Assembly: GCF_001194135.2 (NCBI RefSeq)
Contig: NC_068983.1
Coordinates: 103,335,978 to 103,399,977, forward strand
Direction: 5' to 3'
Origin: Octopus bimaculoides
Lineage: Eukaryota
DNA length: 64,000 nt
Position numbers and translations under genes: made by a program. Shown piece after piece: positions 1-11,762 of this stretch; the stretch's first letter is position 1, and the number at the start of each line of letters is the position of its first letter. The notes under the pieces were generated by a model. The model was not told the DNA's origin and did no database searches. It saw only the letters and a list, made by a program, of their open reading frames with translations.

Positions 1-63
<63 letters not shown>

Positions 64-200
64 GCATACACATATATACATGCAGACATACATATATATA
101 TATATACACATACATACACACACACATATATATACATATATATATATATTCACATACACACATATACAAACTTACATACATGCATGTATATGTGTGTGTG
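1..200. repeat. Compound (TA)n/(TACA)n microsatellite
   Basis: Directly visible. Similar compound tracts lie at ~19080-19244, 25400-25610, 27815-28020, 38170-38370, 39945-40250, 41420-41610, 44162-44252, 51499-51670 and 61125-61188. Confidence 0.95.
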
Positions 201-231
201 TATAATCATCAAATAGGTTATCTTCAAAAAA

Positions 232-330
232 GTGATGTTTCTGTCACAGAGAAGCGTCGGTATATGGAATATTATTGCTGAAGTTCTAAAATTACGTGGC
301 AAACAAAGATGGTTACATAAAAATCAATTA
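232..330 (+). mobile_element. CR1/L2-like LINE 3' remnant
   Basis: Translation FLSQRSVGIWNIIAEV resembles the FFxQRVVxxWNxLPxEV C-terminal motif of CR1-group ORF2. Confidence 0.35.
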
Positions 331-1739
331 GTAAAAGTAGTTGGAGACAGCTTCTCACCACAAGCAGACACACCAGCCGTTCATACTACATCTAACAAGA
401 ACTTTTATATAGTCGCTCGACTTGTTAGAAATAGCAACCAAAATATCACCCAAATCACGTCTTGAAAAGAGAAAAGGATATATTAGATAATATACTCAAT
501 GCATATGTATTAAAAAAATATGAGAAGGCATGGCTCGTATGCCTTTAATTATATGTTCTCAGTCGGGGTTGACCTGGGGCTAAACGATTCATCAATATTT
601 ATTTTAAAAAGGCTAATGAAAATATGAGGGAATGCTAGCTTTTGTCGTAACTGTCCGATAAGCGTGGCTAAAATTAGACTGATGGGAGTTGAGGAAGAAA
701 GTATCGGGTTGCTAAAAATACCAAAGGCCCCACCCTCTCTATTAAAACGGTCAGTGGGCTATGTATCTTAGTAAATAGATATTCGGAAGTACAAAAAGAT
801 GACGACATTTAGAGAATGGGACAGTAGCAGTTTTGCCTATCGGAAACTTCTGCAATATAACAGGGCATGAAATGACTTCTAAAATATATTATTGGAAACG
901 AAATTTTTTTTTAAAGCTCGCAAAAGAATGATAGAGATAATGAAATTTATAAAATTAGCCCTCGGCTTTACAATTTATATAGTTACACTATAATAACAAA
1001 ATGTTCAAATGAAATCAAATGATCAAAAGGAAAATACTACTATCTTCAAATATAATCACAACTGAGATAAAATAACCCGAACACAAAAATTTGCTTAAGA
1101 AACAAGCTCCCTTTTATGATTGACCGCACAATCATTAACAAGCAAAGTTAAAGCAAACGTGTTTGAATGTGGTTATGAATTAATTGAATATGTAATTGTG
1201 TTTCAATATATAAGCACATGTACATAAGCATATATGTGCATACGTGTGTGTATATGATACATGCTTTGTAGCAGACGTTCTAAAACTCTTACACTAAGCT
1301 TAAATATGTCTGATGAGATGCCTGAGACTTGTTTAATAAACAAGTAAATTTATCAAGTTTACAACTACGAAAATAATTATTATCATTACACTTTATTTCT
1401 CTTCTCGCTAAAAGAAACTGCATGGGAAATGATTATACTACAAAACGTGATCAAATTATTCAGTTGCTATCCTGTTAGATGACGAACGAGGTGATCGGAT
1501 CGCCGATAGCGACCTAATAATCAGTATATAGAGTACATCTATTTTTTTCAGTGTAATCGCTTTAACTGGGTGTGTACTATATAGATAGATAGATAGATAG
1601 ATAGATATAGGTAAATAGATAGATAAGCAAGCATACACCAAACTAATAATAATAATAGATTATTGAAATGAACATGCCGATTTGACAAGAGGAGTAAAAA
1701 GTAAAAAAGAAAGAAAAAAAACGCAATCATCAGCGCTCT

Positions 1740-2330
1740 CGTTCTCAATAAACTTGTTTAACCGAAAGGCTCCCCATGAAAGAACGATTTAGGCAAATGG
1801 AAATATCTTACCTTATGACGATTTCCAACATGATGGAAGAAACCGAATTCACGGCTTAATTTACATTTGAAGCAAAAAGAGCTGCGCTGTTTTGCTAGAG
1901 AACAACAAACGAGCCTCTGGAGTGACCTAGATATCGGGTGCAGGAAGAGAGAGTGAGAGAGACAGAGTAAGAGAGGGAGGGAGGTAGAGAGAGAGCGCAC
2001 TTGCCTACTACGTCACGTGGGCAGCACACCATAAGCAAGCAAGGCCTGTCACTCTCCGCAAGATTTTGCTTCCACTGCTGCTGTTTCTTCCTCCGTCTTC
2101 CCCCTCTTACTAAACTGAACGCTCTCACTCCGCATTCACAAATTAGTCTTTTGTCGCTTCCTCCCCCTTCTTCTCTCTCAAGCTCTTGACAAGCTAAGCG
2201 AATATGAGGAGTAGTTTGAAAGGAAATTTTATAACTTGTTCCAACATTCTTCCTCAATGCGCTTGAGCTGTCTTCATATTACTCTGAGTAGATATAGCTG
2301 TCGACTCCATTCACCCTTCTAAGTTACTGG
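1740..2330. promoter_or_regulatory. CpG-enriched promoter-like region with overlapping CRE-half/E-box motif
   Basis: Locally higher GC and CpG, (GA)-rich and pyrimidine-rich blocks, and TACGTCACGTGG at 2009-2020 (GTCACGTGG is a USF/TFE-type E-box). A minus-strand donor AG|GTAAGA lies at 1812/1811. Confidence 0.45.
1812..1831 (-). CDS. Candidate short first coding exon segment MLEIVI(R/S) of a leftward gene
   Basis: catcATG (A at -3) at 1831, in-frame stop upstream, ends at donor AG|GTAAGA. Too short to verify; could be a uORF or UTR. Confidence 0.2.
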
Positions 2331-3457
2331 ATTTAATTATTTGAAGTTTGTGGGCTTTTTTGCCTTTGCTAAAAATTTATTTATTATCATAATTATTAAC
2401 ACTTTGATTTTTCGACATCGATGAAAAAGTACGTATCGAGTAAGGAACATCGATTTTTAGAAAATGTGTAACATTTAACACATGTTAAAAATTACTTTTA
2501 ACACCGCTGTGTTTGTAACCCTTTCTCCAGATCTTGGTTTTCTTTCAACTGCAGTTAGGGCATCATAGGATAGAAAATGAGTTTTCTATCAATATTCAAA
2601 TGCAGTCAACCGTCTCGACTGACTCCCTCGCCCGTTTCATTGTTTGCGCGGAATTTCTTTTTTTCTTTTTTCTTTCATTATGCATGTGTGCGCGTATGTT
2701 ATGCTTTGAAGTGTTATAAGAGCGAGCAAAATAGACAGACAGACAAGTAGGTACATAAGGGAAAAAACGAGTGGATAGACAAGTATACACACAAAAGCAA
2801 GAGATACATATCTTTCGTCATGTATATCTTTTATAAGTTATCTTTTTATCGTACTCAAATTTACAACTTGCTGCTTACTCTACGATTACCTGTGTGTGTG
2901 TGTGTGTGCGCGCGCGTGCAAGTGATAAAACTTAATGGTCATATTTAGATATCGATTTCTTCCATTTGGCTTCGGGGCTACAAATTTATGAGTGGAGGGG
3001 GTATAGACGATTGAATTCACGCTAGTTGAATAGTAATTATTCATATCGACCCTGAAAAGATGAAAGGCAAAAATCGATCCGACATGATTTTTGTTGTCTT
3101 TTTTTAAAACCCAGAACTTAAAGGAAAATCTAACTTAATACTGCACTCTGCCACTTCCACCCTTACAACAATAATAATAATCTCCTACATAGGCACGCAC
3201 AAAATTACCGGATGTTTGGGAATATGTAGTCGATTAAATTGACTTCAGTACATAACTCGTACTTTGTTTTATGGACCCTGTGAAGGTGAAAGGCAAAGTC
3301 GACCTTGGCTGGATTCGAACTCGAACCGTAACAAATACTGCAAAGCATTTTCCCGACGATCTGATGCTTCTACCATCTTTCTATCTCTTATTGAATTCAT
3401 CAACCTAAAACGAAATATCAGTTTCTTTTCGATTATCAACAATGGCTATATATATAT

Positions 3458-3745
3458 NNNNNNNNNNNNNNNNNNNNNNNNNNNNNNNNNNNNNNNNNNN
3501 NNNNNNNNNNNNNNNNNNNNNNNNNNNNNNNNNNNNNNNNNNNNNNNNNNNNNNNNNNNNNNNNNNNNNNNNNNNNNNNNNNNNNNNNNNNNNNNNNNNN
3601 NNNNNNNNNNNNNNNNNNNNNNNNNNNNNNNNNNNNNNNNNNNNNNNNNNNNNNNNNNNNNNNNNNNNNNNNNNNNNNNNNNNNNNNNNNNNNNNNNNNN
3701 NNNNNNNNNNNNNNNNNNNNNNNNNNNNNNNNNNNNNNNNNNNNN
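3458..3745. other. Assembly gap (first of many N-runs)
   Basis: Other large N-runs lie near 23.9, 26.9, 37.2, 40.5, 46.5, 48.4, 51.7 and 57.0 kb, mostly abutting microsatellites or young repeats. Exons could be hidden in them. Confidence 0.95.
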
Positions 3746-3906
3746 TATATCAAACAGAAATTAAAAACAGGACACAAAGGGTCCATCTGTTTTTAATTTA
3801 TGCTTGATATATTCTCTCACCTCTGCCACTATCTGGCATATACAGGTGCTTACACTTATCAAGTATTCCCTCTAAACTTACAGTACCTACGGTATATATA
3901 TATGTG

Positions 3907-3948
<42 letters not shown>

Positions 3949-4344
3949 CTCCCATTGTCATTCACTTACGGCCGATTTGGTTATAAAGCTCTCTTCGCAA
4001 CCAAAAGGTTCCGAGGTTGTTCCTATAGCGCAGCATTTTGGGCAAATGTAATTTTCAATAGCTTTGAGTCAGCCAATACACTGTGAAGGAAATAGGGAGC
4101 AGGAAACTGTAGAAGAAACCCGTCAGATGGATTGTGCTTGTAATTTAGAACTGTGCTTCTCAAAACTATCTGATGTGACGTACCGGCATTTTTTTTTTCC
4201 AATGTGCCAGGGACCGGTAATATTTCTTAGTAATATTAATTTATGCCAGAAACAATATATATAATGAATATAATAAATGTTGACAATTTTTAAAATCTTA
4301 TATTTATTTCGTAAACAAATAATACAGTATTACAGAAGCATTTT

Positions 4345-4419
4345 ATAATGTTTCGTTTCTGGAAACTCGCCGCGTACCGGCAGCTGATGGCTCGCGGACC
4401 ACCACTTTGAGTACCACTG
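4345..4419 (-). mobile_element. hAT-like MITE terminal fragment
   Basis: Reverse complement begins CAGTGGTACTCAAAGTGGTGGTCCGCG, the CAGTGGT-type terminus of hAT MITEs. Confidence 0.4.
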
Positions 4420-4871
4420 ATTTAGAAGATACAGCTTTGCTACACAATGTCAGAGTGATTTTGCCTGGGAAGTACCTTAAGGAGTGCACGTGTCTGTGGA
4501 ATACTCAGACATGTTAATTCAAGAGTAGATAATTCAGTGACTCGAATTACTGAATCCGCATCGTCATACGACAGAAATCCATTATTTATCACCGCTATAA
4601 ATTGCCAATAATTTATGGTTTTGAGTTAAATAACTTAGTTTAAACATTTATTTTCCCGTGGTTTATAAAGTAGTAGTAATATTGTTTTCTTTTGACTCTG
4701 TAAAAAGCTTGATCATGGTAAAGGTTAGAGGAATAATGGGAAGTTTTCATATTCATACTTTTCACCCGGTAGCATTACCGGTATTATTCGAACTGACTTC
4801 AGTTAAAATTCGAAACGGGTTCTCCTGACATCTTGCATAATAATTCCATTTGCATTTTGCATAGTTTAAAT

Positions 4872-5103
4872 GAGGTTCTCAACTTGGGTCCGTATTGGCC
4901 TTGAGAGCGTCCATATAAAATTTTCTTAAAATTTATGTGCAATATATTGGTTATACTTCTACAATTCCTAATAATATTTAATTATAAAAATATAAATAGG
5001 CTTTTTTTTTAAACATCGAATGAGTAGGAGGGTCCATCTAAGTAAAATTGGAATGAAAGGAGTCTATAGGTAAAAAAAATAAATAAAGGACTGAGAACCA
5101 CTG
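4872..5103. mobile_element. hAT-type MITE
   Basis: Degenerate TIRs (gaggttctcaac ... tgagaaccactg) flanked by the 8-bp direct repeat gtttaaat (4864-4871 and 5104-5111). Related to the copy at 63.1 kb. Confidence 0.6.
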
Positions 5104-6375
5104 GTTTAAATGAGCATTCAAGTTTCTTTTCTTGCAAGCACCTTGTTTAACACCTGTTTAACTCGTTAACTAACAAGTGAGTCTGTACTGAGTCGTATTA
5201 CAAGGACCTGCATGTTTCCAACCCACCCCCTTTTTAAAGCTCAGTCAGTATTTGGTTGTAAGATTAGAGACACTTATGTAAGAAGATCGATTCATGTAAT
5301 ACGAGGACTTTTTTTTTATCTGTAATTATTACCGAACCTAACAAAGGAATAATTAATGAATGCTTATAGTTTTTGTAGAAAGAGAACGGCAAGGAGGAGG
5401 ATACAAGTGCTAATTCAAAGCATGCATAGACGAAACCCACAAAAGGAATCTTTGCTCAGTCGCTCAACATACTAGAAGTAATAGCATCCAAATCTCCCAC
5501 AAATCACATTGTACCGTATAAAAGAAAATGAAAATTAGAAACGCCACATTAGATAATCTTGTTTGTGATAAGCCTAATGTACGAAGAAGAAATACATTAA
5601 AGGCGGGACGGTCACGCCCAGACTGCCTTCGATCATAGATGTACTAAAACTGAGCTGACGTAGATCTAAACAACAATAAAAATAACCATTTATACTTGTT
5701 AATCCGATTTCAAGAATAATTGAAACTGAATTTTTATTGAGTGTGGAATGGTGATGGCGGTGACGCAAGTAGCATTCATTTGTTTTATCTACTATAATAA
5801 CAATGAAAATGAATTGGGTATTGAAACTAATTCGCTAAATCGGTATAGTATCTCAGCCCACAACCAAAAAATAACGTTTACACAGGTTCTACACACATGC
5901 GTGTTATTTACACTCAGATATACACACAAACGTATAAATAAAAACGTTGCGTGCGCATGCATGTCTATTGCAAAGCGATACACACAGACATATACGCACT
6001 CTCTCTCAGATACGTACATGAACTGCCACTTGTACAGAGAAACAGAACACACAGGTTGGAGATATGGAAGAGTTTAGGGAACTGAGTGCGGTAATCCGTG
6101 CCAGTTGCACATAAAACGATATTTGAGAGATGACAAGAACAATCTGATAAATGATTGGTGCTAGCAGTTACATAAGTGTAACAGTGGTTTTAGAACGATA
6201 TCTAATTTGATTCGAATAAAAACCTGTAATGAAAACTAATGAAAAACTTCGATTAACTGAAACCATCAAAGCAATAAATAGATAAAGGAAGTGCTTTAAA
6301 TCTTAAAATGTTAAGTAATTGCTTGCTTAATCTCAACTAATCGAAACCCACTACAAGACCATACAGAATTTCTAT

Positions 6376-6413
<38 letters not shown>

Positions 6414-6450
6414 NNNNNNNNNNNNNNNATATATATATATATATATATAT

Positions 6451-6830
6451 AAGCGCAAGCGTGACTGTGCGGTTAGAAGCTTGTTTCCCAACCACATGGT
6501 TCTGGGTTCAGCCCCTCTGTGTGACACTGGGTAAGTGTCTTCTACTACTCTCTCGAGCCGATCAAAGCCTTGTGAGTGGATTTGGTAGACGGAAACTGAA
6601 AGAAGCCCGTCGTATATATCTCTACGTGTGTCTTTATGTCTGTGTTTGTTCCTCACCACCATTTGACAGCCGGTGTGGGTGTGTTTACGTCCTCGTAACT
6701 TGGCGGTTCCGCAAACGAGAACGATAGAATAAGTATCCTGCTTCAAAAAATAATCCCTGGGGTCAATATGTTCGACAAAAACCCTTCAAAGCCGTACCTC
6801 AGTATGGCCGAAACAAGTAAAAGATATAAA
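6451..6830 (+). mobile_element. tRNA-derived SINE family B (representative)
   Basis: gtgactgtgcggttagaagcttg...ggttcagccc...gccgatcaaagccttgtgagtggatttggtagacggaaactgaaagaagcccgtcg, internal microsatellite, tail gaaacaagtaaaaga. Other copies lie near 18.93, 22.2, 26.5, 33.46, 44.0, 44.95, 45.2, 45.4, 55.47 and 60.92 kb. Confidence 0.85.
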
Positions 6831-7224
6831 TAAAGTCAGCTAAGGTAATTATTATAGGACAATGATGTGGATAAATAAGGGACGTTATTAAATTTCTTTC
6901 AACTTACTAATTTCTAGAAGAAATGAATGCACTTTTCGTCATCAGCAGCAAAACTACTTCAAAATTACGTTTTTGAAAACATTCAGGTGAAAATTTGAAA
7001 TCAAGCAGTTGTGAGAAATTTAACTAAATAAGCAAGGTGGATGTATCGAATACCATACGAAAAAATTTCTTAATTGAAAATCTTATCTTGAGAGAGGAAC
7101 GTAGTGGCAACTAAGCAATTTCCAAAAAAGGAGGGGGAAATAATTTCAAAAAATTAATAATTAATATCGTTAAGTTAATTTACATGTCTAGGTAAAATGA
7201 TATTTCTTTGCAGGTAAAGGACAG

Positions 7225-7267
<43 letters not shown>

Positions 7268-8039
7268 TCAGTCCATTAGATCTCATCAGCATAGTGTTTG
7301 TTGCTTAACAAAGATCTTTACATTTAAAAAAAAAGCAGAAATTAAATTTTATCAGTATAATTTTCATAATTAAAAATAAAATGAATTAGGGGAAGTAATT
7401 CAAATGAACCAATGGTATGAATTTGGGCAAATACGTTAAAATGTGATGAATACAAAATTTTCTTAATTGAAATTCCCCTCTTAGTTGGAGGAAGACAACA
7501 AAACCGAGCGATAGTTATGAGCAAAGGGGAGATAGTATAAACAAAAATTAAGAATTAACCTCTCAAAGTTAATTTACATCATTAAGGGATTAAGTGTTAT
7601 TTGTTTTTCACAGGCAAGGAAGAATATAACTTAAGAAATATAATTTATCACAATTTAAAATAAAATGTAGCAGCTGTCCCCAAGTCAGAATACATGCATA
7701 CATGTGAACTTATACTCAACATCTAACACTGTAACATTCATACAAGACATGTCATGTTTACTTTTTAAAAAGCATTAGATGCAGATAACTCAAAGCATGT
7801 ATTTCACGTAGTTATCTTAAATTGTCATCCGATATATTTTGCTGCTATCAATTCGCCATGTCTTTACATATAGGGATATATATTTCATTTACTGAATGTT
7901 GTCTAACGCTCAAATTCCTGTGTGTGTGTCTTTGCCTTATGATTAATTAAAGTACTATATTCTTCGATAAGTGTATCCAGCTTATAGCGTCCTACAAATC
8001 AAGCTACCCCTGAAAGATATCTGTTTTATTTAGTTTTAT

Positions 8040-10400
8040 CTTGCCAAATAAAAAAACCAACGTAGAAGACAGTGAATCATCAGCGCGAGAACGTAGAAGA
8101 CAACGATGTGAACGTTTACTAAAAAGAGAAGCGTCAGGAAATTCGAATCCGCATCAGACAAAGGATACAAGAAACCCGAGCACATTTAAGACATACACAG
8201 AGGGAGTAAGTGTTGCAGAACAGAAAAGAGAAGTATCATAACGTATAACAGCAGCATCAATAATGAAACAGAGAAGAAATTCTCTGAAATCCACCGTAAA
8301 TGGATACGATACACATAGGAAATGTGAACCAGAAAATGAAGAAGTGAAATTTTGAAAAATATGAAAAAGAGAGAGCAAGCAAGAATAAATACGAATAAAG
8401 AAGAAATTACCATTGGAATATGAGAGACTGACAATAAGAGAGAAGGATAAATAAGAGCAAAGAAAGGAGAACAATTTTCTTCAGTATTTGAGGGGCAGTG
8501 AATAGGGGAGAAGGACAAATATTAGTGAAGAAGAAACAAGATTATTTTCGGAACATGAGAAACAGAAAATAAGATGGGTAGATATTCGGGATAGACATGT
8601 ACTTGGTATGCTAGAAGCTCGTGTGCATGTTATTGAATTTCAGAAGAGAAGACTTTCATAGTGCCGCATATTAATAATACTGATAAATTAATGGTTTATT
8701 GTGGACCAGAAAGCCTAAATTACGTTTGTATGAAGAGTGGATAAATACCAGAAAAAGCTTGTGAAGGAATTTCGTGAAAGAAATGGTTACCCTGCGAACA
8801 GATGAAGTAAATGGAGAACTGTTCGGGCTGGAGGTCATCATATAGAAAAATAGGATTGTAGTACCCTGCACCAGGCAGTCCTTCATGAAATATGAAACTC
8901 AACTAAACCTGAAAGTGTAGTGATCAATTATAAGCATAAAATATCTTTTCAAGTACATGTAGAAAGGATACAGTTACGTTTAAATCAAAGTTAGTAGTAG
9001 ACTAGTTATCAATAATAAAACAAAAGACAAAATAAAATCAATAATATGAAACCAAACAACATTTATCGTGCAGATACATTTCTATATATGAAACTATGCA
9101 GTTACTGTCAAAACGTATGTATGGACGCTCTTAGCTCTTATACAGTGTGTTACCCAGCAGTGCACTTGCCAGATGAATAACAAGTATTGTCAAGACAGGA
9201 ACAACATGCTGTCGAGCATCTTAAAATGTTACTTTTACACGTTCGAATAGTGATTCCATTTAGACTTAAGGATGGTACAGGCAGAAAGGTTTCCAATAAT
9301 GAAGGAAGCACGAATCAGATTGAAGGTCTCCGAAAATACAGGGTTACACAGCACCTTTGCAAGGACAACAATATACCGAATTTCCAAGAAATTCTTTAAT
9401 ACATCCGCCATTTCAATGGATTAGAATTCTGAAATGAATACAACGATAAAAGATCTTATTCCGGGTAATGATGAAGTAACTGCAAAAAGTACAGTTTTTT
9501 TTTTATTTATTAACTTCAATCTTTAAAGAAAAATGGAACAAATCGAAGAGTACTTGGTCTTTAGGCGACCTTCTTATAAATGGGGGGGGGGTGACTATTG
9601 TTCAACGCGATCCACTCTAGCTCTATTTACTAAACCATGAACATCAGGAACTGGTAAACGCTGTGATGAAGCTGTATCTGTGAGAGAGGAGAGCAGGACA
9701 AGATGAGATGCTTTTATTTAGACGCACTAGGATGACCAAGGAAAAAAGCCAAAAGACAAGTATATCCTTTGGAAGAAGTTGTGGTAGTTTGGTGGTGAAA
9801 GAAACGTCCAATGATATTGCATTGACGCTGGTTGAAAAACAGGGGAGATAGAAAAGAAATAGTTAAACCCTGTCCCTAGATATCTGCAGTAATAACAATA
9901 TCGAAAGGAATGAAATTGTTCTGTGAAAGCAAACAATTACATAGAATACCCTCGTGATATATCGCGATACATGTATATCTGAGTTACTGAAATGTTTGCA
10001 CTTTATTTTCTTTAGCTTCGGACGAATTTACACGTGATATAGCCAAATTGAGAATTTTTATAAGCCGAACTGATGACAATTTTAGTACCTCTGAAGAAAT
10101 TATCGCCCTTGAATTACTTGCTGGAAACCAGGAGGATCAAATAGATCTGACGAAGTAAAATTGTGTTCAGAAAAGCTTTAAATTTCAATAAAATCGTTGG
10201 TATTTCTGTTGACAATTTTATTAGAAATCTTCTCATTGTCTTCATTAAAACCTCAGAGTATTATATAGCAAGAGTCGTTGCATGGAAAATCTTTATGTAA
10301 CGTGATGTCAACGGTTATGAAATGCACAAATAAAATTAAAGCAGAAGCACTGAGCAGATGATAATTCAGAGAATATCATAAAATGTTATGTTTGGAATAT
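8040..10400 (+). mobile_element. Highly decayed, internally deleted Helitron (Rep + PIF1 helicase remnants)
   Basis: Motifs appear in Helitron order despite stops and frameshifts: VHVIEFQKRRL (EFQKRGLPH motif, ~8620), GGHHIE/RIVVP (DNRWVVP-like, ~8830), VHLPDE and HLKMLLLHVR (~9160-9245), CFYLDALG (FLDAPGG Walker-A lead-in, ~9710), a PFGGK..FGGD-like stretch (~9765-9800), and a YVAxSRV-like stretch (~10262-10300). Confidence 0.75.
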
Positions 10401-10560
10401 AGCAGTTTCCTCCTCTATTGCGAGAGGCGCTGCCTTTCGAGAGGACAAGACTATGGAAACTGAAAAATATAGTTCATAATTTTTAAGAGAAAAAAAATAT
10501 GAGCTGCCTAAAGGAGAAGTCCTTTTATGTAACTATTTGATTCAATATTTTTACTTGGTG

Positions 10561-10779
10561 AAGGCGGCGAGCAAGCAGAAACGTTAGTATGCCGGGCGAA
10601 ATGCTTAACGGCATTTCGTCTGTCTTTACGATCTGAGTTCAAATTCTGCCGAGGTCGACTTTGCTTTTCATCTTTTCGGGGTCGATAAATTAAATACCAG
10701 TTGCGTACTGAGGTCGATGTAATCTACCGGCCCCCTCCCCCAAAATTTCGGGCCTGGCGCCTAGAGTAGAAAAGAATAT
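10561..10779 (+). mobile_element. tRNA-derived SINE family A (representative forward copy)
   Basis: aaggcggcgagc...gagttcaaattc...gaggtcgactttgc...ggggtcgataaa. Related copies lie near 2.98, 3.2, 11.35, 12.72, 13.14, 13.36, 14.49, 17.34, 18.74, 42.23, 47.46, 49.7-51.15 and 60.4 kb. Confidence 0.85.
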
Positions 10780-11344
10780 TCTTACTTGGTTGTAACAAGA
10801 CAAGAACAAATCGTTGTCTTGGTTAGTAAATGATATCAAAGCCGTTCATCTCTCACCTAGAAAATTAGGATTTGAACCAGCTTTCGCACTTAAAAGAGCA
10901 GAGTGGAATGAATGTACTGNNNNNNNNNNCAGGTTACTGCACGAATCACTTCAAAGTCGTTCCTGTTATTTGACTAAATAAAACTGCACACACATTTTTC
11001 AAACCCATTTTCATTTAAAAAAAAGATTTCGTGTAAGTGTCTAGCGGCATACTAATGAAGCTTATTGACGATAACAAATTCATTGTAAAAAATAAAATTT
11101 GATGGGTTTCCCTCATTTCTAAAAGCTGCTGACATGGCTAATTATAGCGATCATTATTCTATGAGTATTTATCAGAAGAAAATTTGCCTAGAGTTACATC
11201 TGTCATTTCGAAACAACATACAAATATGAACAAAAATTTGAATCCAAGAAACTGATATCATAATTGACTGAGTTAAATTTAAGCATTTTCTGAAGCTCTC
11301 AGTAACAAATTTAAATCCTTATCAACTCATTATATCCTACATAA

Positions 11345-11762
11345 ATTTTGGCACAAGACCAGCGATTTTGGAGAAAGGGTTAAGTCGGTTACATCGACTC
11401 TAGTGCTCAACTGGCACTTATTTTATCCGAAAGGATGAAAAGTAAGGTCAACTTCGGCGGAATTTGAACTCAGAATGTGGCGACGAACGAAATGCCGCTA
11501 AGCAGTACACCTGGCGTGCTAACGATTCTTATTTCTTTACTGTCCACAAGGGGCTACACACAGAGGGGACAAACAAGGGCAGACGAACGGATTAAGTCGA
11601 TTACATCGACCCCAGTACGTAACTAGTACTTATTTAATCGACCCCGAAAGGATCAAAGGAAAAGTCGACATCGGCGGAATTTGAACTCAGAATGTAGCGG
11701 CAGATGAAATACCGCTAAGCATTTTGCCCGGCGTGCTAACGATTCTGCCAGCTCGCCGCCTT
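11345..11762 (-). mobile_element. Two adjacent family-A SINE copies
   Basis: Reverse complement of the family-A body appears twice; the second copy ends gattctgccagctcgccgcctt. Confidence 0.85.

Noticed and set aside
1470-1520. RRSDHLVRHL resembling a C2H2 zinc-finger recognition helix (minus strand)
   Set aside because: No Cys pair or second His, a stop follows within 3 codons, and there is no donor site.
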